A stretch of 56,465 bases of DNA from Chromera velia (lineage: Eukaryota). Shown here in pieces: positions 23,716 to 34,700 of this stretch. Where the stretch lies: positions 1-56,465 of the forward strand of contig JAHBMJ010000088.1 in the NCBI GenBank assembly GCA_018398765.1, in the 5' to 3' direction. A program made the position numbers and the translations under genes. Position 1 is the stretch's first letter. Every line of letters starts with the position of its first letter. Below the pieces are notes generated by a model. It worked only from the letters and a program-made list of their open reading frames with translations. It had not been told where the DNA came from and made no database searches.

Positions 23716-26124
23716 CGTTTCCGCAAGAAGAAAGAAATTTACAAAGAAGTTACTTTTCCGGGAACAGGAAACACTCACTGAGGTAACTGACCACGCAAGT
23801 AAAACTTTTGCGAATTGATCCTCTCATGCCCAGCAGTGTCAAAGGATCGTGAGTGTCTTCATCCTCTTCCTCCTCCTCTTCATCCTCCTCCACATCCTCG
23901 TCCTCCTCCTCTTCCCCTTCTTCTTCATCATCCTCTTCTGCTTCTTCCTCGGTTACCTCGGCCTTACTCTCCGCATCTCCCTCTTCTCTCCTTTCCTCTA
24001 GATCTTGCCCTTCGCTCTCCTTCTCCTGTGAGGAACTTCCTTTCACAGTCCTGCTCCTTTCTTCTCTGACAATCCCAAGCAGACCATACGGCGACTCACC
24101 CTCCACGGTCCTCGCCGTCTCTTCCTGTGAGGAGGAAGACGACGAGGAAGAGGAAGAAGAGACGGGCCCCGGGACGGGCAAAGTCTTTTCTTCTTCCTCT
24201 TCTTCTCTAACAAATTGTCCCCCGTGCTCACTTCCGTTCTCCCCCCAATCTACCCCTCTCTCAACTGTTGCAACAGGAACAGGATCCCTTTCGCCCTCAC
24301 GGTCGTCAGGCAGTCGAGGCGCCAACGTTGTGCCTTCTGCCGGTGCCTCTAATACAGATTCATTCTCCGCACTCACACCCTTGAAACCATTTTGGGCGTT
24401 GTGAGACTCCCCTCTGTCCTCTCCCTCTGTGTGCTTTTGTTGATCCTTGGGTGCCTCGGCAGAGGACGAAGAAGAGGAAGAGGACACAGAGTGAAATCTG
24501 AAGGAAGGAAACGCAAAGGGGGTCTTCCATCCTCCGCCTGAAAAAGGCCCCCCAGACGAAGAAGAGTCACCCCCCCACGAAAAAGAAGAGTCAACTGGAC
24601 GTCGCGACTCAGAACCGCCGTCTGTTTGCCCCTTCCCCTCTCGACCCTCTGAAAACAAAGGACCCTCCCCCCCATCACCCCCTGCATCCACCTCCAAACC
24701 CCCACGCATCCCATCAATCACGGGAGAGTCTAAACCGTCATAATCGTCACCATCACCTCTGGCCCCTGTTTCATCATCGCCCCCCCCTTCGTCATCCCCT
24801 CTCTCATTCTCCATAAACACCGGGGCCCTCTCATTCTCCGCGAATGCAGGTGCCATCACTTCCTCTCTGAACGTCAACATCATCGACTCAAGCATCGACT
24901 CGGCCCACAACAGAACAAGACCGGAGAGGGTCAGAGACAAGCCAATGCCGATCGACTCGGGAAGCCCCGAGAGAGTCAGAGTCCCCACCCCACCCCGAAA
25001 CATCAATCGAGCCGAGAGCGCGGTGGCAACAGGAAGGAAGACACCCCATGCGGTGATCACAAAAACCAATCGACCCAAAGTCTCAACGCCACCCTTGCAC
25101 CATTCCATCAAACCTGAAGAAATCAATCAGTCAATCAACCAATCATTTATTCCTTGATTTATTCACACACTCACAGAGGGTCCAGACAGTAGTGAGTCAC
25201 TTCACAGATTCTTGCTGCTCAACAGGAATGCTGATGCTGCCTAGCTTTCTGTTAGTCATTTCGACTTGTCGGTTTGAAGGCAGAACAAAACAAAGCACCA
25301 CGAGCACCCCCCATGCATCAAGCAGATGCGATAAAAAACTGAAAAGGCGGGCCACCTGACTGACTGACTGACTGAATGACTGACTGACTGACTGACTGAC
25401 CGGTTGCAATTTCGAGGACTGAGAGTCTGTCTGGAGCACCCTGTTTGTACAGAGGGGAGAACTGAAACTCGTGACCGCACAACTCGCAGTTGGAGATCTT
25501 CTGACGGTCCAGCCACCGCCTGCATCCATGCGTGCATGCATCCATGCATGTGCACGTGGATGTAAGGGTACTCATGTGGCTCTCAGCAGTATAGAACTTC
25601 TCTCTGTCAGCAGAGACAGACGCAGAAGTCTGTCTGTCAACGTTGAGGTCAAGCAAAGCTTTCATGCATCTCTCTTCTTCTTCCTCTTCCCCGCCATCAT
25701 GCACATTTCTGGTCCATGTCTGCATTCAACATAAGCTCATTTTTCCAGCCCCCTTACCCGATTGATTCTTGCAGCACCCCACGCACTCTCCCTCTCACTC
25801 ACCTGAGGCATCCCTCATGGATGTACTTGATGGAACCGGAACATCTGCACGGGTAGTAGAGCGTCCCTTCTTCCTCCCCGAGACGGCAAAACTGCAAACA
25901 TAAGCACAAAATCATAAGCAGGAAGCAGTCACCAAGCGCTACACCGCACATGGGAGACAAACAGGCACCCACTGCACTGAAAAGACTAGACGACAAAGCA
26001 AGGAAGGAAGGATCTCTTTGAGGCACACGAGACAAACTGCACGGGACAGAGGAGCAGAGCACGAGTCGATCAAGCCACTCACCCTGCAGCTCCTCTCATC
26101 CGGATCTTCACCGAGCACCGACAT
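10956..26124 (-). CDS. MARCH6: RING-CH (RINGv) polytopic membrane E3 ubiquitin ligase, MARCH6/TEB4/DOA10 family; 14 exons, ~3411 aa
   Basis: Manually spliced GT-AG exons, all phase-consistent: 26124-26083, 25891-25803, 25519-25401, 25113-23792, 23322-23215, 22742-22104, 21669-18323, 17910-17796, 17446-17353, 17028-16907, 16665-16267, 15767-14845, 14492-12206, 11585-10956 (10236 nt). N-terminus CRFCR..LYYPCRCSGSIKYIHEGCLRRWL..CELCGHEFQFSPLY..APDRL is RING-CH. Internal LLGMRGS, IGLPLYLG, FPSLLPI and PLEFFSVHILLPALL match family TM/TD segments. C-terminal LHEDLRNRKYLLASTLLNYE matches the conserved C-terminal element. An extra small exon near 22900-23030 cannot be excluded. Confidence 0.9.
17161..17313. 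repeat. Compound (CA)n intronic microsatellite punctuated by AATAACG
   Basis: Directly visible in MARCH6 intron 9; AATAACG recurs four times between CA runs. Confidence 0.9.
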
Positions 26125-27139
26125 TTCGCAGCTGGGAAGGTCCGAAGAAGAAGCCGAAAACACTGCAAACAGTCCAGCTCTACTGTCCGTCTCCCAACGT
26201 CTGTCTGTTTCTACAGGTCTATAGCAATGTTACTGTTGAATTTTTCCGTGCAGGAGCCAATTTCGTCGACCGACCAGCCCAAGGAGAGCAGCGATTTCGA
26301 CAAGGCTCTCTCAACTTGAGAAAAAAATAGTCAGCTGCGACAGATTCAGGCCTCCTGAAGCAGACAGATCACCCACACAGATGCCCCAACACACGAAGTA
26401 CAAGTCGAGCTAGGGAACATTCCCTTCCACCACTTCCACCTGCAGCAGTCAAGCTCAAAGGAGTTTTGTGTCAGGCAAGAGAAATGGTCGACATACTAGC
26501 TCCGCACAAAGAAGCTGTAAACATCTCAGGAAAGCTCATGGTCAGCCATGGTCAGCCACCACCATGCCATGCACCACCCAAAAAATGCGGTTCAAGCTGA
26601 CGTCCTCCAATTAATTAATGCTGGAAAAGTTCTCCGCGCATGCAGGCCGCGGCCGGCGAGGGCCCGGCCGCGCGGGCGTTTTGGGCCCGCGCGCGCGGCG
26701 CCGGGGAACGCGCGCGCGCCCTTCGGATGCATGGTCAAAGGTCATGCAGAAGGTGTCAGAAGAATGTCAGAAGAAACCTTCGTCAGACAGCGCCACAAAT
26801 TTGGATCGAAGTCCAATTTATAAGCAGTACAACACATTTTCGTCTTGTCGGGCAGCTAGGCTTCTTCGGTATATAGTTCTTCGGTATTTCTGGATAAGGA
26901 ACCAGCTTGGTGCAGTCTTTGTGGTCGGATTCTTTTGAGGGTTAATTGATCTGATTCGTCAGGAGACAGGTCAGACTGAGAGACTGCCTGTTTTCGTCGA
27001 TCCAACCCAAATCAAGGTGAAGCGTGAAAAGATCCCTTCCCCCTGAGAAGGAGCGAATAGAAATTTCTGACACTGTTTGCTTGTTCATCAGGACGCTTTT
27101 TTCTTCGATTGCTCCCCAAGAAAAGTTCAGAGAAGCAAA
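26125..27139. promoter_or_regulatory. Putative bidirectional promoter with a central GC/CpG-rich core (about 26630-26725)
   Basis: 1015 bp between divergent ATGs. The core is almost pure G/C with many short palindromes (GGCCGCGGCC, GGGCCC, GCGCGCGC, GGCGCC) and is bracketed by GCATGCA and ATGCATG. Confidence 0.6.
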
Positions 27140-30131
27140 ATGGTGAATGTGACTGTCAAGTGGGGCAAAGAGTCCACTCAAGTGGAGGTGGACACCTCAG
27201 AGCCTGGTTTGGTTTTCAAATCCCAATTGTATGCGCTCTTCGGTGTTCCTGTGGAACGTCAGAAGATTATGGGGTTCAAGGGGGGGATTCTGAAAGATGA
27301 GGCTGACATGGGGTCCTTGGATATTAAAGAGGGGCAGAAAGTGACCCTTGTTGGGACTGCAGAGGGGAAAGAGATCAAGGCCCCGACTGAGAAGACCATG
27401 TTCATGGAAGACCTCACAGCAGCAGACAAGGCTAGATTGTTGAAGGAGAAAAAGATGGAGCCCCTTCCGAGGGGGTTGGAGAATTTGGGGAACACTTGTT
27501 ACCTCAATTCAGTCGTGCAGTTCCTCAAACCTTCAGGCGAGTTCCTCGAAGGACTCCGAGAGATGCGAGCCAACTACAGTTCCCCTGACGGGAACGTGGC
27601 AACGGCATTGAAGGAGACATACCACAGACTAGACACAGAGGTGGACCCCGTACAACCCTTCTCTTTGATCAAATTCCTCAGAGACAGATTCCCCCAATTT
27701 GCCCAAACCACCTCAAGAGGTCAACCCATGCAGCAAGACAGTGAGGAGGTCCTTCAGTGTCTCTTTGAGTCCCTTGTACGAAGTACCCAGACTCCTGGTC
27801 AAGCCACTAACCTAGTAGACAAGCTCTTCCAGTTCAACCTCCACGTTCAACTGAAGTGTCTCGAGAACGAGACAGAAGAGCCCACAACGGAGACTAGCGC
27901 TGTGAGGAAACTCTCCGCATTCCTGGGTGATCAGGTCAAGCCCATCGACCATCTCCACCAAGGTCTCTCTCTCTCCCTTGATGAGACCATAGAGAAGGAG
28001 TCGCCCTCCCTCGGCAGAACGGCTGCCTACTCCAAAGTGGCCAGAGTCACCTCGCTGCCTGAGTACCTCATCATCCATTTGGTCAGTCAGTCAGTCAGAC
28101 GCTCCTCTCTGCCTGCCTACATGATTTCCTTGCTCCCTGTCTGCTTGCTTTCCTTTCTGTCTGTCTGTCTGTCTGTCTCGCTGTCTATCTGTCTCTGAGT
28201 CCGTGAACTCTTTCTTGTTTTTGCATGTCCTTCTTTCTTATCTCATTCCCGTCCCTATTGTTTGCCGTGGGTGTGTGTCCCTTCCACACTCTGTTGTCGG
28301 TTGCTTGATGTGTTTGTTCGTCTGTATCCTTTCTACGAGTATGTAAGTCTTCACTGTCTGCCTGGTCTGGAGGGGGGTGGCTGAACAGAAGAAGATAGTT
28401 GACACGACGGGGGGGGCTCTGCTTTTCAGTCTTCATTTCACTTCATCGATCCGTTCGTCCATAGCCGCCCTTCCTGTATCTCTCTGCTTCTGTCTCTTTC
28501 TCTCTCTCACTCTCTCCTTGTCTCTCTTTCTCTCTCCCTCCCTCCCTCTCTCTCTCTCTCTCTTACTCTTCCGTCATTCTGTCCTCCCCTCAATCGAGTG
28601 TACTCCCATTCCGCTGTCTTTCTTTGTTTTTGCAGGTGCGTTTCGAGTGGAAGAAGGCCCACGAGCTTGCCCGCACAGACGCCTGCAAGACGAAGATCAC
28701 TCGCAAGATGACCTTCCCCCGTTCCCTAGACATCTACGAGTTCTCCTCTGACGATCTGAAGGAGCAGTTGAGACCCGCCAGGGAGGTCCTCGCCGAGAGG
28801 GCAGAGAAGGCGGCGTCTGCGCGGAACGAAGAGAAGAAGCCCTCTGACAAGAAAGATGACAAGGAGAAGGAGGGGGGGGAGAAGAAGGACACGGAGATGG
28901 CAGACGCCTCTGCAGCAGCCGCCAATGGGGGGGAGAAGAAGACCGAGGGGGAGGCCGTGGATGCCTCAGGCCCTGCCCCTATGGATGTGGATGCAGGTGA
29001 CGGCGCTTCAGAGAAACCAACACCTATGCCTTCTGGTCGGTTTGGAAAAGAAAAAGTGAAGAGGTGTGGGGGTCCTTCTGTCTTTCCTACCTTTCCTGTC
29101 TGCGTTGCGCGCGTTTCTGTCCCTTTATGTTTCTCCGTCCTTCCTTCATTTTCCTTCCTCCCTTTGCTTGTCGCACATGTATTCCTTCCTTTCTTTCTTC
29201 CTTTCTTCCTTCCTCTTCTGAAGATGCTCACAGTCAGTGCATGTCCCTATACCCGCTCCCTTCCCCCCTGAATTAACTTCCCTCAGGCCACTTCGAACTC
29301 CAGTCGATCGTCACTCATCAGGGGAGGGCCGCAGACGCAGGGCACTACATCGCGTGGGTGAAGAAGAATAAATCCGAGAAAGAGTGGCTCAAGTACGACG
29401 ACGACAAGGTAGGCAGGCAGGCTGGTGGGTGAGAATGAATAGACAGACATGAGGATGGTCATCTCCTTTTCTTTCTTTCCTTCCTTCCTTCCTTCCTCTT
29501 TCTCGTGATGCGAGCAGGCAGATTGTGTGTGTAGGGTGATGACAGAAAGGTCCCAATGAATGAATGCGCAGAGGGGAATTCTGAAGTAGAATTTTGCGAA
29601 GAGGCAGAGAGAAAAGAAGGGGGTGGTGGTATACATATGTGTGCTGCACCATTCGGCTGTCGACGGTTTGTTGACGGGAAAGACTCCTGCTGTTGTCTGC
29701 TGTTCCGCCCTAGCTCCATCAGTTCTCCGCAGCCTGACTGTGGTTGTTGTTGTGTACGTGTGTATATATGTGATCTTGGATCTCTTCCCGCAAGCAGCAG
29801 AAGATTGACTGAGCTGCCTGGAAGTGCATGCAGAGGTGGGGGTTGTATGTTCCTGTCTCGTTCCTTCCTTCCTTCCCTCTGCCTGCTATCCGTGCAGGTG
29901 AGTGAGCACGTTTGGGAGCAAATCGACCTCCAGGGAGGGCGGGGTGATTACCACATCGCGTACCTCCTCCTCTACAAGCGATCCGAAGTGACGGCCTCCA
30001 AGGAGGAGTTGGAGGAGGCACGTGCTGCCAGAGAGGCACGGATCGGGGCTGCAGGGAAGGAGGGGGGGAAGGCTGCAGAGGATCCTCTGAAGGACGCTGC
30101 GGAGTCCTCATCCTCCTCGAGCAGCAAGTAA
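27140..30131 (+). CDS. USP14: Proteasome-associated ubiquitin C-terminal hydrolase USP14/Ubp6; 4 exons, 565 aa
   Basis: Exons 27140-28081, 28636-29035, 29287-29408, 29898-30131 (1698 nt, phases consistent). N-terminal UBL domain (VTVKWGKE..FKSQLYALFGVPVERQKIM..GG.LKD), Cys box GLENLGNTCYLNS, MQQDSEE, VRFEWK, His box THQGRAADAGHYIAWVK, WLKYDDDKV, LQGGRGDYHIAYLLLY. Confidence 0.95.
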
Positions 30132-30901
30132 AGAGGAGGAGCAGCGAGAGAGGAGTTGGGAGGGTGGGTGGGTGGAAGGGGTCGGGCAGTGTGTAGAGAA
30201 GAGAAGAAGAAGTCAGGCAGGGAGGGAAGCATCCCACCCCGATTGAAGCAGTTGGGGGGGGGGAAATCAGTTCCTTCCATCCATCCGGGTGCTCTGCTGC
30301 AGGCGATCGAAGTGGACGGGGCCANNNNNNNNNNNGGGGGGGGGAGAGAATGTGTGCGAAATGCTGCTGTGTTCTCTTCATGTAGGGTCGGGTCGGGAGG
30401 CCGGGTCTTGGGGGTGCATGGGTTTTCTTCTTTCGGCCTCTGTACTTCCTTCCTTCCTGCCTTTCTTTCTCGCGCAAAGTCGTGAAGAGGCGGGAGGGAT
30501 CGAAAGGAGCGGCAAGCAAGGAGACATACATACATACGGTGTCTCTATTTTCTTGTTTTCTTTTCTGCCTGGTAGTGAAGACGAATTCAATGAAATCCTT
30601 TAATCCCCTCTCTGAAGTTTTCTCTTCGTGTGCTTGTGTCGACCTTTTTTGGAGGGGGGGCACCAGTGTGAGCTTCTCCCTCCCAACTTTCACCAACCTG
30701 TCTGCCTGCTGATTACTTTTTTTCCTTCCTTCGTTCCTTCCTTCCTTCCTTCCTTTCTTCTTTCTTGATCTTTCTTCCTCTCTTCCTGTTTGGGGGGCTT
30801 GTGGGGGCTCCAGTGCTGCTACTGTGTGTTTGGTGGGGAGCGAAAAGTCGTTTCTCTTTTGTCTTCTCAGCGCGAAGAAGTGATGCAGAGAAAGTGAAAA
30901 G

Positions 30902-31200
30902 NNNNNNNNNNNNNNNNNNNNNNNNNNNNNNNNNNNNNNNNNNNNNNNNNNNNNNNNNNNNNNNNNNNNNNNNNNNNNNNNNNNNNNNNNNNNNNNNNNN
31001 NNNNNNNNNNNNNNNNNNNNNNNNNNNNNNNNNNNNNNNNNNNNNNNNNNNNNNNNNNNNNNNNNNNNNNNNNNNNNNNNNNNNNNNNNNNNNNNNNNNN
31101 NNNNNNNNNNNNNNNNNNNNNNNNNNNNNNNNNNNNNNNNNNNNNNNNNNNNNNNNNNNNNNNNNNNNNNNNNNNNNNNNNNNNNNNNNNNNNNNNNNNN
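30902..31200. other. Assembly gap (299 N) hiding the start of the gypsy 5' LTR
   Basis: Run of N; smaller gaps at 30325-30335 and 54182-54194. Confidence 0.99.
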
Positions 31201-31548
31201 TGTGCAGGCACTGGAACCGAGCGTGGACGTCGGTTTCGAAGCAGCGGGCAGGTGTAGGCCGGCTACGAGCGGCGAGTACGCGACGGGCCCGCGGAGTGGC
31301 GGAGCCGCGAGGCCGGCGGCGCCGCGGCGATGCGCGCGCGGACTTCAATAAGTGTGGCTTGGCACAGGACTGAATAAAGTGACATCGATCTGCATGCATT
31401 CGAATTAGCTAACGATCGCTAACGATCGTTGGACTGGCTTGATCGAAGGAACAATGTACGAACCTCTCTAGGTCAAACTCTTATAGTCTATGAACTCTGA
31501 ATGCACATCGTTAGCGTTGAGAGTTCTAAGCCCCGTATTCTGCTTGCA
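31201..31548 (+). repeat. Gypsy 5' LTR (visible part)
   Basis: 348 bp colinear with 37093-37440, 16 mismatches; AATAAA at about 31373; ends TTGCA before the PBS. Confidence 0.92.
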
Positions 31549-31551
31549 ATC

Positions 31552-31574
31552 TGGTTACCAGAGCCAGGTTTCGA
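31552..31574 (+). promoter_or_regulatory. Primer binding site, tRNA-iMet-like
   Basis: TGGTTACCAGAGCCAGGTTTCGA, 3 nt after the LTR, resembles the canonical iMet PBS TGGTATCAGAGC(CAGGTT). Confidence 0.75.
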
Positions 31575-31723
31575 ACAGGCTTTTTGATTCGTTTGTATTC
31601 AGTCTGAATTCTGTTGCTGTCACGGAACCACCTCCAGTCTTGGCTCCTTTGAGAAACGAGCAGGTGGGAACGGTACTGTACAACCTTGAACAGTCCGTCA
31701 CCAGCCTGCAGCAGACTTAAGAG

Positions 31724-34700
31724 ATGATGCGGCAGACCATGGAGGGGCTGGTGATGAGGGTTGCAGCTCCACCTCCACAGTTGCCTCCTCAGGTGCTGCC
31801 AATGAGTGAGGAGGGTACACAGCAGCTTGTCATGCCCTCTCAGGGCCCTGATCTACGAGAGCAGCTTCCCTGGATTGCACTGAAGCAGCCGGACGAGTTC
31901 ACTGGACGCCGCAACACTGTGGAGAGGTTTATTACGGACACCAACGACTACTTTACCAATGTGAATGTTGCTCCTCATCATCAGCTTGGCCTCGTGAAGT
32001 CCTTCTTATGCAAGGAGCTGAGGGACTGGTTCGACTTACGTGTGAAGAGAGACATGGGGTTTGCAGACTGGCCTGCGTTGCGTGAGGTGCTGCAACGCAG
32101 GTATAAGGAGAAACATGAAAGGAGGAAGGCGAGAAAGCAGGTGTTGTCCCTCAGGTGCACAGGGACGGTCGACGACTATAACAAAGAATTCTCCCTTCTT
32201 GCGTTGAAGATCACAAATGTGAGTGGGGAGAATCTCGTAGAGGACTATATTGAGGGTTTGCCACCTGGGATTATGTATGAGACTGACAAGATGGAGCCGG
32301 CAACATTAGACGAAGCAATGGAGAAGGCGTTGGACAGCGAAATCTGGCTCAAGCAGGCCAGTTTGCACTCTCGAAGCCATTGGTTGCGAGGGCCCCCGTC
32401 TGATCCGAGTCCGGTGATTGATTCCATAGGATCGGCTACCATGGAATTGTGTGGCGTTGGGGTGTGACCTTCGAGAAGACTTCCACCCCGACACCCATTG
32501 ATTCCACAGACGGTGTGGGAGAGCAGGGGGAGACTGAATCGGTGTTTTCTATGTGGGGAGAACACCTACATGATGGCCGCATGTAGGAATGGACCTCAAC
32601 TTCCTCCATACATGCGGACCATTCAAACGGCGTCTCAATCTAGATCTCCGTGGCCACCTAGGGCATCTCCAGGATTTGCCCCTTTCATCCTGGGTTTTGG
32701 GGCGACGCCTGGGTACCCCTGGCCACCTCCTCCTTACCCATCCCTTCCCTTCCCGTATCCCATCAATCAAGTCACTCAATCTACAGGAGGGAGACGGAGG
32801 TCTGGACAGAGAGGTGACAGTCCAAATTCACCCATGTTACCTGGAAGAGGCTTTGGCTTCGGCGACAGAAGACGTGCATGGTCTCCCTCTTTCGACGGGC
32901 GGCCTCAACCTCAGCCGAGTGGACATTAACCAGCGCGCAAGGCTGGATCGAGACGGGTAGCTGGGGTGAGGACGATCAGAGGCCGAAACAAAAATGACGA
33001 GACCGTAGTCGAACCCGACCTGACGGTACGTTATGAAATTGAGGAAGATAAAAGGCAGAGAACAGATGAAGAATTGAGTGAGGAAGAGGATAATAAGGAT
33101 GATTCGTTTGAGACTGGTTTTGTCTATCACGGTACTGTCGCGGGTGCTCCAGTCAGAGTTTTGTATAACATTAGAGCTGATGATATTTTCATTGATAGCA
33201 AGTTTGCACACCTGCGTCAGTTGCATATTCGCAGGTTTGGGACCCCGATGAGATGTAGGGTGGCTGTGAAGGAGCTCAGAAGACGAGAGGTCAGTGAGTA
33301 TGCACCTTCTGTTCCCTTTCGTATTCAGGGGTATCGAGAGACAATCGGTGTATTGCTAGCTGACCTGGACGACTATGATGTCATCTTAGGAAGAAAATGG
33401 AGTGACGTCCACTAACCAGAACTTGGTCATTGGTCTCGTTCTCTTCGTTTCTTCTTTAACGGCTAGGAAGTCATTATTCGGGGAGGTGCATATGAAGAGA
33501 ACCGACCTTGCCCTCCTATCCTTTCTTCTACGCAGGCCAAACGAGCAATTCGAAAAGGTGCTGTCTGCCACATCGTAAGAATGGAGACCGCACACTGGCC
33601 TGCAGGAGAGGGGGAACAAGAGTGCTTCGTGTATGCAACTGAAGTGAGTGAGGGAAAAGGAAAGGGGAGAATGAATGATGGAGGGAACGTGGGTTCTAAT
33701 TTTCTCTCTTCTGACTTTCTCTCTTCTCTTCCGTCTGATCATCCTGCTCGGTCGGCCCCTGATTTATCGGATGTGCGTGCTTTTCTCTCTCGATCAGATG
33801 TGGATGCTCCTTAGGATGTGAAAGGAATTGTAGCAAATCATGCGTCTCTTTTTTCTGATCGTCTCTCTCATCTGCCACCGTCAAGAGGACCTCATTTGGA
33901 TTTCAAAATCAAACTTGAGCCTGGTCATTCACCTCCTGCCCATCCGCCTTATCGGCTGTCAGTGGGAGAGACAGATAAGCTGAGGAGACAGATAGATACA
34001 TATCTTAAACAAGGATTCATCCGACCGTCTGCTTCTCCTTATGCTGCGCCTGTTCTTTTTGTACAAAAGAAAGATGGCTCGATGAGAATGTGTTGTGACT
34101 ACACTGGCTTGAATCGCATCACTATCAAAGACAAGCATTCTCTCCCTCACCCGCAAGAGTTGATTGATCAATTGCATGGGGCCCGGTTCTTTACAACACT
34201 GGACCTCAGGCAGTATTATTACCAAATGAGGGTCAGAGAAGAAGACATCCCAAAGACAGCTTTCACTACACGCTATGGTTCTTTTGAGTGGCTGGTTGTT
34301 TCTTTTGGGTTGACAAACGCACCTCCTGCAACGATGAGGTTGATTCAATTTGCTCTTCGCTCTTGTCTTGACCGTTTTATTTCGATTTTTCTGGATGACA
34401 TTCTAATTTATTCACATACAAGAGAAGAGTACAAGAAACACATCAGAATTGTTTTGCGTTTGTTGAGTGAAAATAAATTGTATGCAAAATTGTTGAAATG
34501 CCATTTTATGCAGACTGAGGTGACATTTTTCGGGCTGAAGATCTCCAGGACCGGAGTGCGGCCCGAGCAGAGCAAGACAGACCAAGTCAGTAAGTGGCCT
34601 ACTCCCAAGAACAGAAATGAAGTGCTTTCGTTTTTGGGGTTTGCAAATTGGGTGAGACGGTTTGTTCCTTGCTTTAGTGAGAAAGCAGGCCCTTTGTATG

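Noticed and set aside
10836..25157. Numerous plus-strand and alternate-frame ORFs over MARCH6
   Set aside because: Antisense shadows of GC-rich low-complexity exons with no independent motifs.
27077..27139. N-terminal extension of USP14 from the TTG start in the ORF track
   Set aside because: Homology begins at ATG 27140 (MVNVTVKWGKE), which has an A-rich context.
29719..31399. ORFs spanning N runs
   Set aside because: Artefacts of assembly gaps and low-complexity 3' flank sequence.
32927..32929. Programmed gag-pol stop readthrough
   Set aside because: It is one of several similar in-frame stops attributable to C-to-T mutation; cannot be singled out without other copies.
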